Shown here: one piece after another, positions 1 to 8,788 of the stretch
Layout of the letters: every line of letters starts with the position of its first letter
How positions within the stretch are numbered: position 1 is the stretch's first letter
DNA from: an uncultured Anaeroplasmatales bacterium
GTDB lineage: Bacteria > Bacillota_I > Bacilli_A > Acholeplasmatales > WRBM01
Direction: 5' to 3'
DNA length: 64,000 bases
Assembly: GCA_964478425.1 (NCBI GenBank)
Contig: CAYZIB010000005.1
Span: 5,297 to 69,296, forward strand
Translations under genes and position numbers: made by a program
Notes under the pieces: generated by a model
Told to the model about the DNA's origin: nothing
Databases searched by the model: none
What the model saw: only the letters and a program-made list of their open reading frames with translations

Positions 1-1
1 C

Positions 2-571
2 TTTATAGGTGAATATGATCAAACACCTCCTATATATAGTGCAATTAAAGTAAACGGGAAAAAATTATATGAATATGCAAGAAAAAATATCGAAGTAAAA
101 ATTGAATCAAGAAAAGTTAAAATATATGATTTAAAATTACTTGATTATTATTTTAAAGATGATTTATTCTTTTATAAAGTAAAACTTAATGTTAGTAAAG
201 GATTTTATATCAGAAGTTTTACTAATGATTTAGCCTTAAAATTAAATAATATAGGTACATTATTTGATCTTATAAGAACTAAAGCAGGAAATTTTTGTCT
301 TATAAATTCATATACATTAAACGATATAACTAATAATAATTATAAAATAATCGAAATTGATGAATATTTTAAAGATTATGAATTTATAAATGTAAATGAT
401 TATTTAAAAAAATTAATTTTAAATGGAATTTATTTAGATGAAAGACAAATAAAAACTAAAAATATATTTAAAGTTTACTATAAAAATAAATTACTTGCTA
501 TTTATAAACCAGTAGAAGATAATATATATAAATATAAACCAGTTATAGTTTTAAATGAGGAAATAAAATGA
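2..571 (+). CDS. truB: tRNA pseudouridine(55) synthase TruB, 3' part (5' end outside window)
   Basis: Frame 2 is open from the window edge. The translation FIGEYDQTPPIYSAIKVNGKKLYEYARKNIEV... matches the TruB core. The TGA at 569-571 overlaps the ribF ATG (ATGA). truB-ribF-rpsO-pnp synteny supports the call. Confidence 0.85.
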   Translation, partial: FIGEYDQTPPIYSAIKVNGKKLYEYARKNIEVKIESRKVKIYDLKLLDYYFKDDLFFYKVKLNVSKGFYIRSFTNDLALKLNNIGTLFDLIRTKAGNFCLINSYTLNDITNNNYKIIEIDEYFKDYEFINVNDYLKKLILNGIYLDERQIKTKNIFKVYYKNKLLAIYKPVEDNIYKYKPVIVLNEEIK

Positions 572-1470
572 AAGTTCAAATAGATAATATAAATAATATA
601 AAAATAAATAAAAAAAATACTATGTGTATAGGTAATTTTGATGGGATACATTTAGGACATCAACAATTACTAAAAAAATTAGAAGAAGAAAATAACTATA
701 AAACAGTAATGACATTTTTACCTCATCCAACAAAATTATTTAATCCAAATTTTAAATCAATACTAACTTTAGAAGATAAAATAAATATTTTTTCTACATA
801 TAATATAGATGAATTAATTATTGTTGAAATTAATATGGATTTTTTAAATTTATCTAAAATAGAATTTATTAATATATTAAAAAAATTAAATGTAGAAAAA
901 ATAATTATTGGAGAAGATTTTAAATTTGGGAAAAATAATAGCGGTAAAATATCAGATTTAGAAGAATATTTTCCGGTAAAAGTAATTAAATTATTTTATT
1001 TAGATAATTTAAAAGTTTCTTCTACAAGAATTAAAGAATTATTAGATAATGGAAATATAAAACAAGTAAATAAATTATTAACAAGAAATTATCATTTAAA
1101 ATCTAAAGTTACACACGGAAATGAAATAGGAAGAAAAATTGGTTTTCCAACTGCAAACATTATAGATTTAAACACATATTTACCCAAAAATGGAGTTTAT
1201 TATGTAAATATAGTTTACGAAAATGAAAAATATAAAGGAATATTAAATATCGGACATAATCCATCAATAAATTATTCTAAAGATAAAAGAATTGAAGTAA
1301 ATATAATTGATTTTAATGGATATATTTATGATGAATATATTGATATTTATTTTATAGATTTTATAAGAGATGAATTAAAATTTAATTCAAAAACAGATCT
1401 TATTAATCAAATAACAAAAGATAAGGAGTTGATTTTAAATTATGAAATTGATAATGGCAATTGTAGCTAA
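568..1470 (+). CDS. ribF: bifunctional riboflavin kinase / FAD synthetase
   Basis: 300 aa. The N-terminal nucleotidyltransferase motif is GNFDGIHLGHQ. The C-terminal riboflavin-kinase region contains GRKIGFPTAN...GILNIG. It sits after truB as in most bacteria. Confidence 0.9.
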   Translation: MKVQIDNINNIKINKKNTMCIGNFDGIHLGHQQLLKKLEEENNYKTVMTFLPHPTKLFNPNFKSILTLEDKINIFSTYNIDELIIVEINMDFLNLSKIEFINILKKLNVEKIIIGEDFKFGKNNSGKISDLEEYFPVKVIKLFYLDNLKVSSTRIKELLDNGNIKQVNKLLTRNYHLKSKVTHGNEIGRKIGFPTANIIDLNTYLPKNGVYYVNIVYENEKYKGILNIGHNPSINYSKDKRIEVNIIDFNGYIYDEYIDIYFIDFIRDELKFNSKTDLINQITKDKELILNYEIDNGNCS

Positions 1471-1765
1471 TGAAGATGCTTCAAGATTAACAAAAGCATT
1501 AGTAAAAGAACATTATTCAGTAACAAAACTTGCTACAACAGGAGGATTTTTAATGAGTGGAAACACTACATTATTAATAGGAGCTAATAATGAAGAAGTT
1601 AATTTAGTAATTGAAATAATCAAAAACGAGTCTAAAAGAAGAGTAAAATACATTACAAGTCCTGTTAATAATGAATTTACATCTTTTACAAAAGCTCCAA
1701 TAGAAGTAAATGTTGGAGGAGCAACTGTGTTTGTTATTGATGTAGAACAATTTATTAAAATTTAA
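1442..1765 (+). CDS. PII-like cyclic-di-AMP receptor family protein (YaaQ/DUF970-like)
   Basis: 107 aa. MKLIMAIVANEDASRLTKAL..VTKLATTGGFL.SGNTTLLIG...VGGATVFV aligns by eye along the full length with B. subtilis YaaQ. It overlaps the ribF 3' end by 29 nt. Confidence 0.75.
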   Translation: MKLIMAIVANEDASRLTKALVKEHYSVTKLATTGGFLMSGNTTLLIGANNEEVNLVIEIIKNESKRRVKYITSPVNNEFTSFTKAPIEVNVGGATVFVIDVEQFIKI

Positions 1766-1774
1766 TAAATATAC

Positions 1775-1802
1775 TTGCAAATATCAATTTTTTTGATATA
1801 AT
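1775..1802 (+). promoter_or_regulatory. sigma-A-type promoter of rpsO
   Basis: TTGCAA (1775-1780), a 16-nt spacer, then extended -10 TGaTATAAT (1794-1802). Confidence 0.55.
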
Positions 1803-1809
1803 TAAAATG

Positions 1810-1854
1810 CGTTTTACTAGGTTTTCGAATCTCCGACGATTTCTTGGTTAAACG
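1810..1854 (+). promoter_or_regulatory. structured rpsO 5' leader (possible S15 autoregulatory element)
   Basis: A 12-position helix pairs CGTTTTACTAGG (1810-1821) with CTTGGTTAAACG (1843-1854). It has one mismatch and two G-U pairs, and sits between the promoter and the rpsO RBS. Confidence 0.35.
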
Positions 1855-1882
1855 ACTAAAATAATAAAGGAGAAAATAAAAA

Positions 1883-2152
1883 ATGGCTTTAACAAAAGAA
1901 GTAAAACAAAATTTAATTAAAGAATATCAAGTAAAAGAAGGAGATACAGGTTCTCCAGAAGTTCAAATTGCAATTTTGACTTATGAAATCAATGAATTAA
2001 ACAAACATTTATCAGTTCATATTCATGATTATTTATCAAGAAGAGGTCTTTTACAAAAAGTTGGACATCGTCGTGACTTATTAGCTTATTTAAAAGAAAA
2101 AGACTATGATAGATATGAAACTTTAATTAAAAAATTAAATTTAAGAAGATAA
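1883..2152 (+). CDS. rpsO: 30S ribosomal protein S15
   Basis: 89 aa. ...[17 protein letters not shown]...H.HD..SRRGLL..VG.RR.LL.YL is the classic S15 sequence. An AAGGAG RBS lies upstream. Confidence 0.97.
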   Translation: MALTKEVKQNLIKEYQVKEGDTGSPEVQIAILTYEINELNKHLSVHIHDYLSRRGLLQKVGHRRDLLAYLKEKDYDRYETLIKKLNLRR

Positions 2153-2176
2153 TTTTATCTTCTTTTATTTATTTTT
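2143..2176 (+). terminator. intrinsic terminator/attenuator between rpsO and pnp
   Basis: The 8-bp stem pairs AAGAAGAT with ATCTTCTT around a 6-nt loop. It is followed by TTATTTATTTTT and overlaps the rpsO stop codon. Confidence 0.65.
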
Positions 2177-2241
2177 AACATTTTTATATATAAATTGTTT
2201 TAAATATGTTATAATAATATAGATTATATAAGGAGTAAGAT

Positions 2242-4368
2242 ATGGAAAATAAGAGAACATATGAAATTAATTGGGCGGGGCGTCCATTAAAAGTTGAAAT
2301 CGGCGAAGTTGCTAAACAAGCAAACGGAGCATGTTTAATCACATACGGTGGAAGTACCGTATTAACTGCAGTTACTGCAGTAAAAGAAGTAACAAAATTA
2401 GATTTTTTCCCATTAATGGTAATATATCAAGAAAAATTATATGCTGCAGGGAAAATTCCTGGTGGATTTTTAAGAAGAGAAGGAAGACCATCTGAACATG
2501 AAACATTAACTTCAAGAGTAATTGATAGACCTATTAGACCATTATTCCCTGAAGGATTTTCAAATGAAGTACAAATTGTAAATACAGTATTAAGTAGTGA
2601 TCCAGATTGTACACCAGAAATGACTGCTATGCTTGGATCAAGTATTGCATTAATGATTTCAGATGTACCATTTTTAGGACCAATTGCTGGAGTTGTTGTT
2701 GGTAGAGTTGATGGTAAATTTATTATTAACCCAACACCAGCTGAATTAGAAAAAAGTGATATTAACTTAACTGTTGCTGGAACAAAACAAGCTATTAATA
2801 TGGTTGAAGCAGGTGCAAAACAAGTAAGTGAACAAGATATGCTTGATGCAATTTTATTTGGACATGAAGCTATTAAAGAAATAATCAGTTTCCAAGAAAA
2901 AATTATTGAAGAAAATAAAAAAGAAAAAATGCCTGTAGTCATTTTTGAAATGGATAAAGAAATTGAAAAAGAAGTATATAGCCTTGCTAAAGATAGAATT
3001 TGCGAAGCAATTAGAATTGAAGATAAACTTTTAAGATATCAAAAAATAGATGAAATCGATGAAGAAACATTAAATGTATTTGAAAATAGAAATTATTTTA
3101 AAGATTTAGATGGAATAAGAGTAATTGATGAAGAAAGAAAACAAGAAGTAATTAAAACTTGTGAAGTTGCTTTACACAATATTTTAAAAGATGAATTTAG
3201 AAGATTAATAACTGTTGAAAAAATCAGACCTGATGGAAGAACACAAGATGAAATAAGACCACTATCATCAAGGGTAGATGTTTTACCAAGAACTCATGGT
3301 TCAGCCTTATTTACTCGTGGACAAACACAAAGTTTAGGTGTTGTTACACTTGGAAGTAAAGGTGATAATCAAATAATTGATGGATTAGAAGAAGATAATA
3401 AAACATTTATGTTCCATTATAATTTTCCACCATTCAGTGTTGGTGAAACAGGAAGATATGGTGCTCCAGGAAGAAGAGAAATCGGACATGGTGCATTAGC
3501 TGAAAGAGCATTATTACAAGTTATGCCTAACGAAGATGAATTTCCATATACAGTTAGAGTTGTATCAGAAATATTAGAGTCAAATGGATCATCAAGCCAA
3601 GCAAGTATTTGTTCTGGATGTATGGCATTAATGGCAGCAGGTGTTCCTATTGTTGCTCCTGTTGCAGGGATTGCAATGGGATTAATTAAAGAAAATGAAC
3701 ATTATATTATTTTAACTGATATTCAAGGTATGGAAGACCATTTAGGAGATATGGATTTTAAAGTTGCGGGTACAAAAAATGGTATAACAGCTTTACAAAT
3801 GGATATTAAAATCGATGGAATCACAAAAGAAATATTATCAGAAGCATTAGCTCAAGCTAAAAAAGGTCGTTTTGAAATATTAGATCACATGGCAAATACT
3901 ATTGCTGAACCAAGAAAAGAAATGAGTGAGTATGCTCCAAAAGTTAAAATGATGAGAATTAATCCGAATAAAATTAAAGATGTCATTGGTGCTGGTGGAA
4001 AAATTATTTCTCAAATTATTGAAGAATGTAATGAAGTTAAAATCGATATAGAACAAGATGGTAGAGTATATGTAATGCATTCTGAATCTAAATGGATTGA
4101 TAAAGCTTTAGAAAAAATTGATTTATTAACAAAAGAAGCTAAAATAGGTGAAGTTTATGAAGGTAAAGTTGTTAGAATTGAAAAATTCGGATGCTTTGTA
4201 GAATTATGGCCTGGATGTGAAGGATTAGTTCATATTTCAAAAATTTCTAAAGAAAGAGTAGAAAAAATTGAAGACGTACTATCACTTAATGATATTATAA
4301 TTGTTAAATGTATAGGAATCGATGATAAAGGAAGAATTGATTTATCTAGAAAAGATGCTTTAAAATAA
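2242..4368 (+). CDS. pnp: polyribonucleotide nucleotidyltransferase (PNPase)
   Basis: 708 aa with two RNase PH domains, KH and S1. Landmarks are [28 protein letters not shown] and the C-terminal S1 segment G.V.RI..FG.FVEL. An extended -10 TGtTATAAT lies at 2207-2215. Confidence 0.97.
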   Translation: MENKRTYEINWAGRPLKVEIGEVAKQANGACLITYGGSTVLTAVTAVKEVTKLDFFPLMVIYQEKLYAAGKIPGGFLRREGRPSEHETLTSRVIDRPIRPLFPEGFSNEVQIVNTVLSSDPDCTPEMTAMLGSSIALMISDVPFLGPIAGVVVGRVDGKFIINPTPAELEKSDINLTVAGTKQAINMVEAGAKQVSEQDMLDAILFGHEAIKEIISFQEKIIEENKKEKMPVVIFEMDKEIEKEVYSLAKDRICEAIRIEDKLLRYQKIDEIDEETLNVFENRNYFKDLDGIRVIDEERKQEVIKTCEVALHNILKDEFRRLITVEKIRPDGRTQDEIRPLSSRVDVLPRTHGSALFTRGQTQSLGVVTLGSKGDNQIIDGLEEDNKTFMFHYNFPPFSVGETGRYGAPGRREIGHGALAERALLQVMPNEDEFPYTVRVVSEILESNGSSSQASICSGCMALMAAGVPIVAPVAGIAMGLIKENEHYIILTDIQGMEDHLGDMDFKVAGTKNGITALQMDIKIDGITKEILSEALAQAKKGRFEILDHMANTIAEPRKEMSEYAPKVKMMRINPNKIKDVIGAGGKIISQIIEECNEVKIDIEQDGRVYVMHSESKWIDKALEKIDLLTKEAKIGEVYEGKVVRIEKFGCFVELWPGCEGLVHISKISKERVEKIEDVLSLNDIIIVKCIGIDDKGRIDLSRKDALK

Positions 4369-4379
4369 GGGTGATTAAT

Positions 4380-6038
4380 TTGAAAAAAATATTTATTACA
4401 CTTTTTATATTATTATCAGTATTTACATTAAAAAATATAAATGCTAGTCCTATAAGTGATTTATATAATGAAAATAATGATTATTTAATGCCTTCAACAG
4501 GTGATGTTAATGCCTTAGCATTACCTATTTGTTTTAAGGGTGAAAAATGTGAATTTGATAATAATTTATTAGAAAAATCATTTAATAATGTTGGATATAA
4601 AAACATAAATGATATTTCATTAAAAGAGTACTATTTAATTAGTTCAAACAATAAATTAAATATAACAACTACAATTCTAGAACCATATGTTACAGAAAAA
4701 AGTAGTTCACACTATGATTCTAAAACAGGATATACAGGAGTAGAAGTTATAATTTATGAATATTTTAAAAATCTAGAAGATTTTGATTATTCAAAATACG
4801 ATTTAGATAATGATGGTAAAATTGATGCATTATATTTAATATATAATCATAAAGTAGATCAAAACAGTGATTTTTATTGGGCTTTTACTGCTAATTATAA
4901 TTCATATAAAAAACCAGATTACATCAATAATTTTTGTTGGTTTGGATATAATTTTTTAACAAAAAATGAATTAATTGGTGGAGCTTATAATAGTAGTAGT
5001 GTAATCATTCATGAAACAGGTCATTTATTAGGATTAGAAGATTATTACGATTATTATTATGATATCGGTGCAAATGGTGGACTAGGATATTATGATATGA
5101 TGGATGCTAATGTTGGTGATCATAATGCCTTTTCTAAATTAATTCTTGGTTGGTATAATGAATCTAATATTCATTATATTAATACAACTAATTACGAAAA
5201 AGAAAATTTTACTGAAAAATTAGATGATGAAACAATATTAATAATATCAATTGGTAATTTTGATATATATAACGAATATTTTATTGTTGAATATATATCA
5301 CCAAAATCAATTTTAAATACATATTTAACTGATTATCTATATGATGATACAACTAATTTATATGGCTTTAAAGTATATCATATAATGGCTAAAAAAGGAA
5401 TAAATGATAATTCGAGTTATCCAAGTTATTTTTACTATAATAATTCTGATACTAAATATAAATTAATTGATATCTTAGAAGCAGATAACTTAGATAATTC
5501 TAAAAAAGATGATGAATTTATGATTACTGGAAACACATTTTTTAAAAATGAATCATTATATACTACTAAATATAATGAATTTTCATATTATAATGGCCTT
5601 GATATTCCGATTAAATTAGATTTTAGTGTCTTATATAATAATTTTAATTTTGATAATGAAATTAAAATAACTATGCTTGATAATAAAAATAATCCAGATA
5701 GTCCAAAAATAATAAATTTAAAAGATACATATGAAGTAAATAAAAATGGGACATTAAAAAAACCAACTGATATAAAAGCATATAATAAGGATAATGAAGA
5801 TATAACAGATAAAATAGAATTAATAGGATATTATAATGAACAAGTAAGTGGAACATATAAATTATGTTATAAAATAACAGATAATGATCTTACAAGTTAT
5901 TATTATTTTGATGTTATTGTAAATGATACGTTAGATAATTCATTTATGTCTTTAATTTATTTGATTTGTATTATTTCATTAATTTTAACAACTATATTAT
6001 GTATATATAAACTAAGAAAAAATAAAATTGACAAATAA
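4380..6038 (+). CDS. secreted, C-terminally membrane-anchored M6-like (InhA-type) zinc metalloprotease
   Basis: The zinc motif VIIHETGHLLGLEDYYD (HExxHxxGxxD) is present. There is an N-terminal signal peptide, an Ig-like segment (GTYKLCYKITDND..) and a C-terminal TM helix plus a basic tail. TTG at 4380 sits 7-8 nt after AGGGTG, so I prefer it to the track's GTG at 4371. Confidence 0.7.
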   Translation: MKKIFITLFILLSVFTLKNINASPISDLYNENNDYLMPSTGDVNALALPICFKGEKCEFDNNLLEKSFNNVGYKNINDISLKEYYLISSNNKLNITTTILEPYVTEKSSSHYDSKTGYTGVEVIIYEYFKNLEDFDYSKYDLDNDGKIDALYLIYNHKVDQNSDFYWAFTANYNSYKKPDYINNFCWFGYNFLTKNELIGGAYNSSSVIIHETGHLLGLEDYYDYYYDIGANGGLGYYDMMDANVGDHNAFSKLILGWYNESNIHYINTTNYEKENFTEKLDDETILIISIGNFDIYNEYFIVEYISPKSILNTYLTDYLYDDTTNLYGFKVYHIMAKKGINDNSSYPSYFYYNNSDTKYKLIDILEADNLDNSKKDDEFMITGNTFFKNESLYTTKYNEFSYYNGLDIPIKLDFSVLYNNFNFDNEIKITMLDNKNNPDSPKIINLKDTYEVNKNGTLKKPTDIKAYNKDNEDITDKIELIGYYNEQVSGTYKLCYKITDNDLTSYYYFDVIVNDTLDNSFMSLIYLICIISLILTTILCIYKLRKNKIDK

Positions 6039-6055
6039 ATTCATAATGTTATAAT
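6028..6055 (+). promoter_or_regulatory. promoter of rnpB
   Basis: TTGACA (6028-6033), a 16-nt spacer, then extended -10 TGtTATAAT (6047-6055). The -35 overlaps the last codons of the protease gene. Confidence 0.6.
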
Positions 6056-6061
6056 AATTAT

Positions 6062-6405
6062 GCAAAAATATTTGTGTAATCGAGCCATTTATGGTTAGGA
6101 AAGTCCATGCTAGCACATTCTGAGATGAATGTAGTGATTGTGTCTAAGGAAAAAATAACTTAGAGAACTTATGTTACGGCGAATTGATACCTAAGTCTTT
6201 GATATGGTAAAGATTTATAAAGTGCCACAGAAACGAGTATTATAGAAATATAATAATGAAACGAGGTAAACCCCGCAAGCTAGAAACCCAAATTATGGTA
6301 GGGGAGCTAAAGCAATGGAAATGAACAAAGCTTTGGTTACATTATGTAAAGATAAATGATTACACCTTTTAAAGGAACAGAACATGGCTTATAGAATATT
6401 TTTGA
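6062..6405 (+). ncRNA. rnpB: RNase P RNA (bacterial, type B-like)
   Basis: The universally conserved P4 strands are present: GGAAAGTCCATGCT (about 6098) and ACAGAACATGGCTTA (about 6378). The conserved AGTGCCACAGAAA block is also there. The 5' AAAATATT and 3' AATATTTT ends pair as P1. Confidence 0.9.
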
Positions 6406-6410
6406 TTTAA

Positions 6411-6434
6411 AAAGAGATTTAATCTCTTTTTTTT
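6411..6434 (+). terminator. intrinsic terminator after rnpB
   Basis: A hairpin pairs AAAGAGATT with AATCTCTTT and is followed by a T-run. Confidence 0.7.
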
Positions 6435-6449
6435 GAAAGTGGTGTTTAA

Positions 6450-8246
6450 ATGAAAAATATAAGAAATTTTTGTATTATTGCTCATATAGATCACGGTAAA
6501 TCAACAATTGCAGATAGAATATTAGAAAAAACTAATGCAATACAAAAACGTGAAATGAAAGATCAACTTCTAGATCAAATGGATTTAGAAAGAGAAAGAG
6601 GAATTACAATTAAATTAAATGCAGTTGAATTAAAATATACTGCAAAAGATAATAATGAATATATATTACATTTAATTGATACTCCTGGTCATGTCGATTT
6701 TACATATGAAGTATCAAGAAGCCTTGCTGCTTGTGAAGGAGCAATATTAGTAATCGATGCTTCTCAAGGAATTGAAGCTCAAACACTAGCAAACCTATAT
6801 CTTGCTGTTGATGCTAATTTAGAAATAGTACCTGTCATAAATAAAATTGATTTACCAAGTGCTGATGTTGAAAAAGTAATTAATGAAATAGAAGAAGTAA
6901 TAGGTTTACCAAGAGAAAGTGTAGTTTTAGCAAGTGCTAAAAATGGAATTGGAATTGAAGATATATTAGAAAAAGTAATTGAATTAATTCCAGCACCTAA
7001 TGGATCTAAAACAAATCCACTTCAAGCATTAATATTTGATTCATTGTATGATGCATACAGAGGGGTTATTTTATACGTATGTATAAAAAATGGTAGCGTA
7101 AAAAAAGGTGATAAAATTCTTCTTATGCAAACTAATTCAATTTATGAAGTAACAGAAGTAGGAGTTCATACTCCAAAAGAAGAAAAAAGAGATGTTTTAA
7201 ATGCTGGTGATGTAGGATATATTGCAGCTCAAATAAAAGATATTAAAGATGTAAGAGTTGGAGATACAGTTACAAATTTTGAAAATCCTGCTAAAACAAG
7301 TCTTCCAGGATATAAAGTATTAAATCCAATGGTATATTGTGGGTTATATCCAATTGATTCTAAAAAATATTTAGATTTAAAAGAAGCATTAGAAAAATTA
7401 AAATTAAATGATGCCTCATTAATTTTTGAACCAGAATCATCAAAAGCCTTAGGATTTGGATTTAGAACTGGTTTTTTAGGATTATTACACATGGATATAA
7501 TAAAAGAAAGAATTCAAAGAGAATTTAATATTGAATTAATTGCAACTGCCCCATCTGTTATATATAACGTTTATTTAACAGATAGAACAATGATTAAATT
7601 AGATAATCCATCATTATTACCAGATATTCAAAAAATAGATCATATTGAAGAACCATATGTTTTAGCATCCATAATGACACCTGATACTTATGTTGGTGCT
7701 GTAATGGATTTAGCTTTAAAAAAACGTGGAATATTTAAAGATATGAAATATATTGATAAAACAAGAATGCAATTAGAATATTTAATTCCATTATCTGAAA
7801 TTGTATATGATTTTTTCGATAAATTAAAATCAAGTACTAGAGGGTATGCATCATTTGATTATGAAATGAGTGAATACTTAGAAAGCAAACTAGTTAAAAT
7901 GGAAATAATGTTAAATGGTGATGTTATTGACGCATTTACAACAATTGTTCATAAAGATTTTGCATATCAAAGAGGAAAAGTTATTGCAGAAAAATTAAAA
8001 GATATTATTCCAAGACAATTATTTGAAATCCCTGTTCAAGCTGTGGTTAATAATAAAGTTATAGCTCGTACTAACATTAAAGCATTAAGAAAAGATGTGC
8101 TTGCTAAATGTTATGGAGGGGATGTTTCTAGAAAGAAAAAATTATTAGAAAAACAAAAAGAAGGAAAGAAAAAAATGAAACAAATAGGTTCTGTTGAAGT
8201 TCCTCAAGAAGCATTTTTAGCAATTCTTTCAAGTGATGAAAAATAA
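6450..8246 (+). CDS. lepA: translation elongation factor 4 (LepA)
   Basis: 598 aa. GTPase motifs are [14 protein letters not shown] and NKID. The C-terminal LepA-specific region is present. Confidence 0.97.
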   Translation: MKNIRNFCIIAHIDHGKSTIADRILEKTNAIQKREMKDQLLDQMDLERERGITIKLNAVELKYTAKDNNEYILHLIDTPGHVDFTYEVSRSLAACEGAILVIDASQGIEAQTLANLYLAVDANLEIVPVINKIDLPSADVEKVINEIEEVIGLPRESVVLASAKNGIGIEDILEKVIELIPAPNGSKTNPLQALIFDSLYDAYRGVILYVCIKNGSVKKGDKILLMQTNSIYEVTEVGVHTPKEEKRDVLNAGDVGYIAAQIKDIKDVRVGDTVTNFENPAKTSLPGYKVLNPMVYCGLYPIDSKKYLDLKEALEKLKLNDASLIFEPESSKALGFGFRTGFLGLLHMDIIKERIQREFNIELIATAPSVIYNVYLTDRTMIKLDNPSLLPDIQKIDHIEEPYVLASIMTPDTYVGAVMDLALKKRGIFKDMKYIDKTRMQLEYLIPLSEIVYDFFDKLKSSTRGYASFDYEMSEYLESKLVKMEIMLNGDVIDAFTTIVHKDFAYQRGKVIAEKLKDIIPRQLFEIPVQAVVNNKVIARTNIKALRKDVLAKCYGGDVSRKKKLLEKQKEGKKKMKQIGSVEVPQEAFLAILSSDEK

Positions 8247-8269
8247 CATTAGATTTCTAATGTTTTTTT
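8247..8269 (+). terminator. intrinsic terminator after lepA
   Basis: A 6-bp stem pairs CATTAG with CTAATG around a 4-nt loop. A T7 run follows. Confidence 0.6.
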
Positions 8270-8297
8270 ATTATAAAATTATGTAAACATTTTCATA

Positions 8298-8360
8298 TTG
8301 TACTAAAAAATAAAATGTAGTAATATACTGTTAACAGGTTAACAATTAACCCGTTAACGG
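8298..8360 (+). promoter_or_regulatory. marR-ABC promoter with overlapping palindromic operator array
   Basis: TTGTAC (8298-8303), a 17-nt spacer, then TAATAT (8321-8326). Three abutting palindromes follow: CTGTTAACAG (8328-8337), GGTTAAcaaTTAACC (8337-8351) and CCGTTAACGG (8351-8360). The last one runs into the GGAGGG RBS. Confidence 0.55.
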
Positions 8361-8367
8361 AGGGAAT

Positions 8368-8787
8368 ATGAATTTAAAAACAATTGAAACATTTAATTTA
8401 ATAGGGAGGTATAAAACCTTATTAGAAAATAATAATTTTTCAAACCTTAATTTAACGGAATTATTAACTTTAAGATTAATAGTTGATAATGATAATATAA
8501 CCTTAACAGAAATATCTGAAAAATTAGGCGTATCTAAGGTTGCTGTTAGTAAAACAATTGTTAAATTAGAAAAAAAAGGTTTTTTAAAAAGAAAAATTAA
8601 TTTAAATAATCGTTCAACTTTTAAATTCTTTTTAAAAAAGAATGAATATGAAATTGAAAAAGAGAAAATGATTGGCTTTTTTCAAAAAGTCGAAGAACAA
8701 ATAGGAGAAGAAAATATTTTAGTTTTAAATGATTTAATGCAAAAACTAATTAAATTTACAGAAGAAATTTTAGAAAGGAACAATTGA
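8368..8787 (+). CDS. MarR-family transcriptional regulator
   Basis: 139 aa. The winged-HTH segment LT..E..L......ITLTEISEKLGVSKVAVSKTIVKLEKKGFLKR and the overall size are typical of MarR. Confidence 0.75.
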   Translation: MNLKTIETFNLIGRYKTLLENNNFSNLNLTELLTLRLIVDNDNITLTEISEKLGVSKVAVSKTIVKLEKKGFLKRKINLNNRSTFKFFLKKNEYEIEKEKMIGFFQKVEEQIGEENILVLNDLMQKLIKFTEEILERNN

Positions 8788-8788
8788 A

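Noticed and set aside
1820-1836. tRNA T-arm-like string GGTTTTCGAATCTCC.
   Set aside because: No acceptor, D or anticodon arms can be drawn around it. It sits in the loop of the rpsO leader helix.
2427-2942. 171-aa ORF on the minus strand inside pnp.
   Set aside because: It is fully antisense to a very confidently identified PNPase region. It has no RBS, and its Ser/Ile/Asn-rich composition is typical of a shadow frame.
8328-8360. Repeated GTTAAC units as a possible CRISPR or tandem-repeat array.
   Set aside because: There are only three to four abutting palindromic half-sites with no spacers. Their position over the promoter and RBS indicates an operator.
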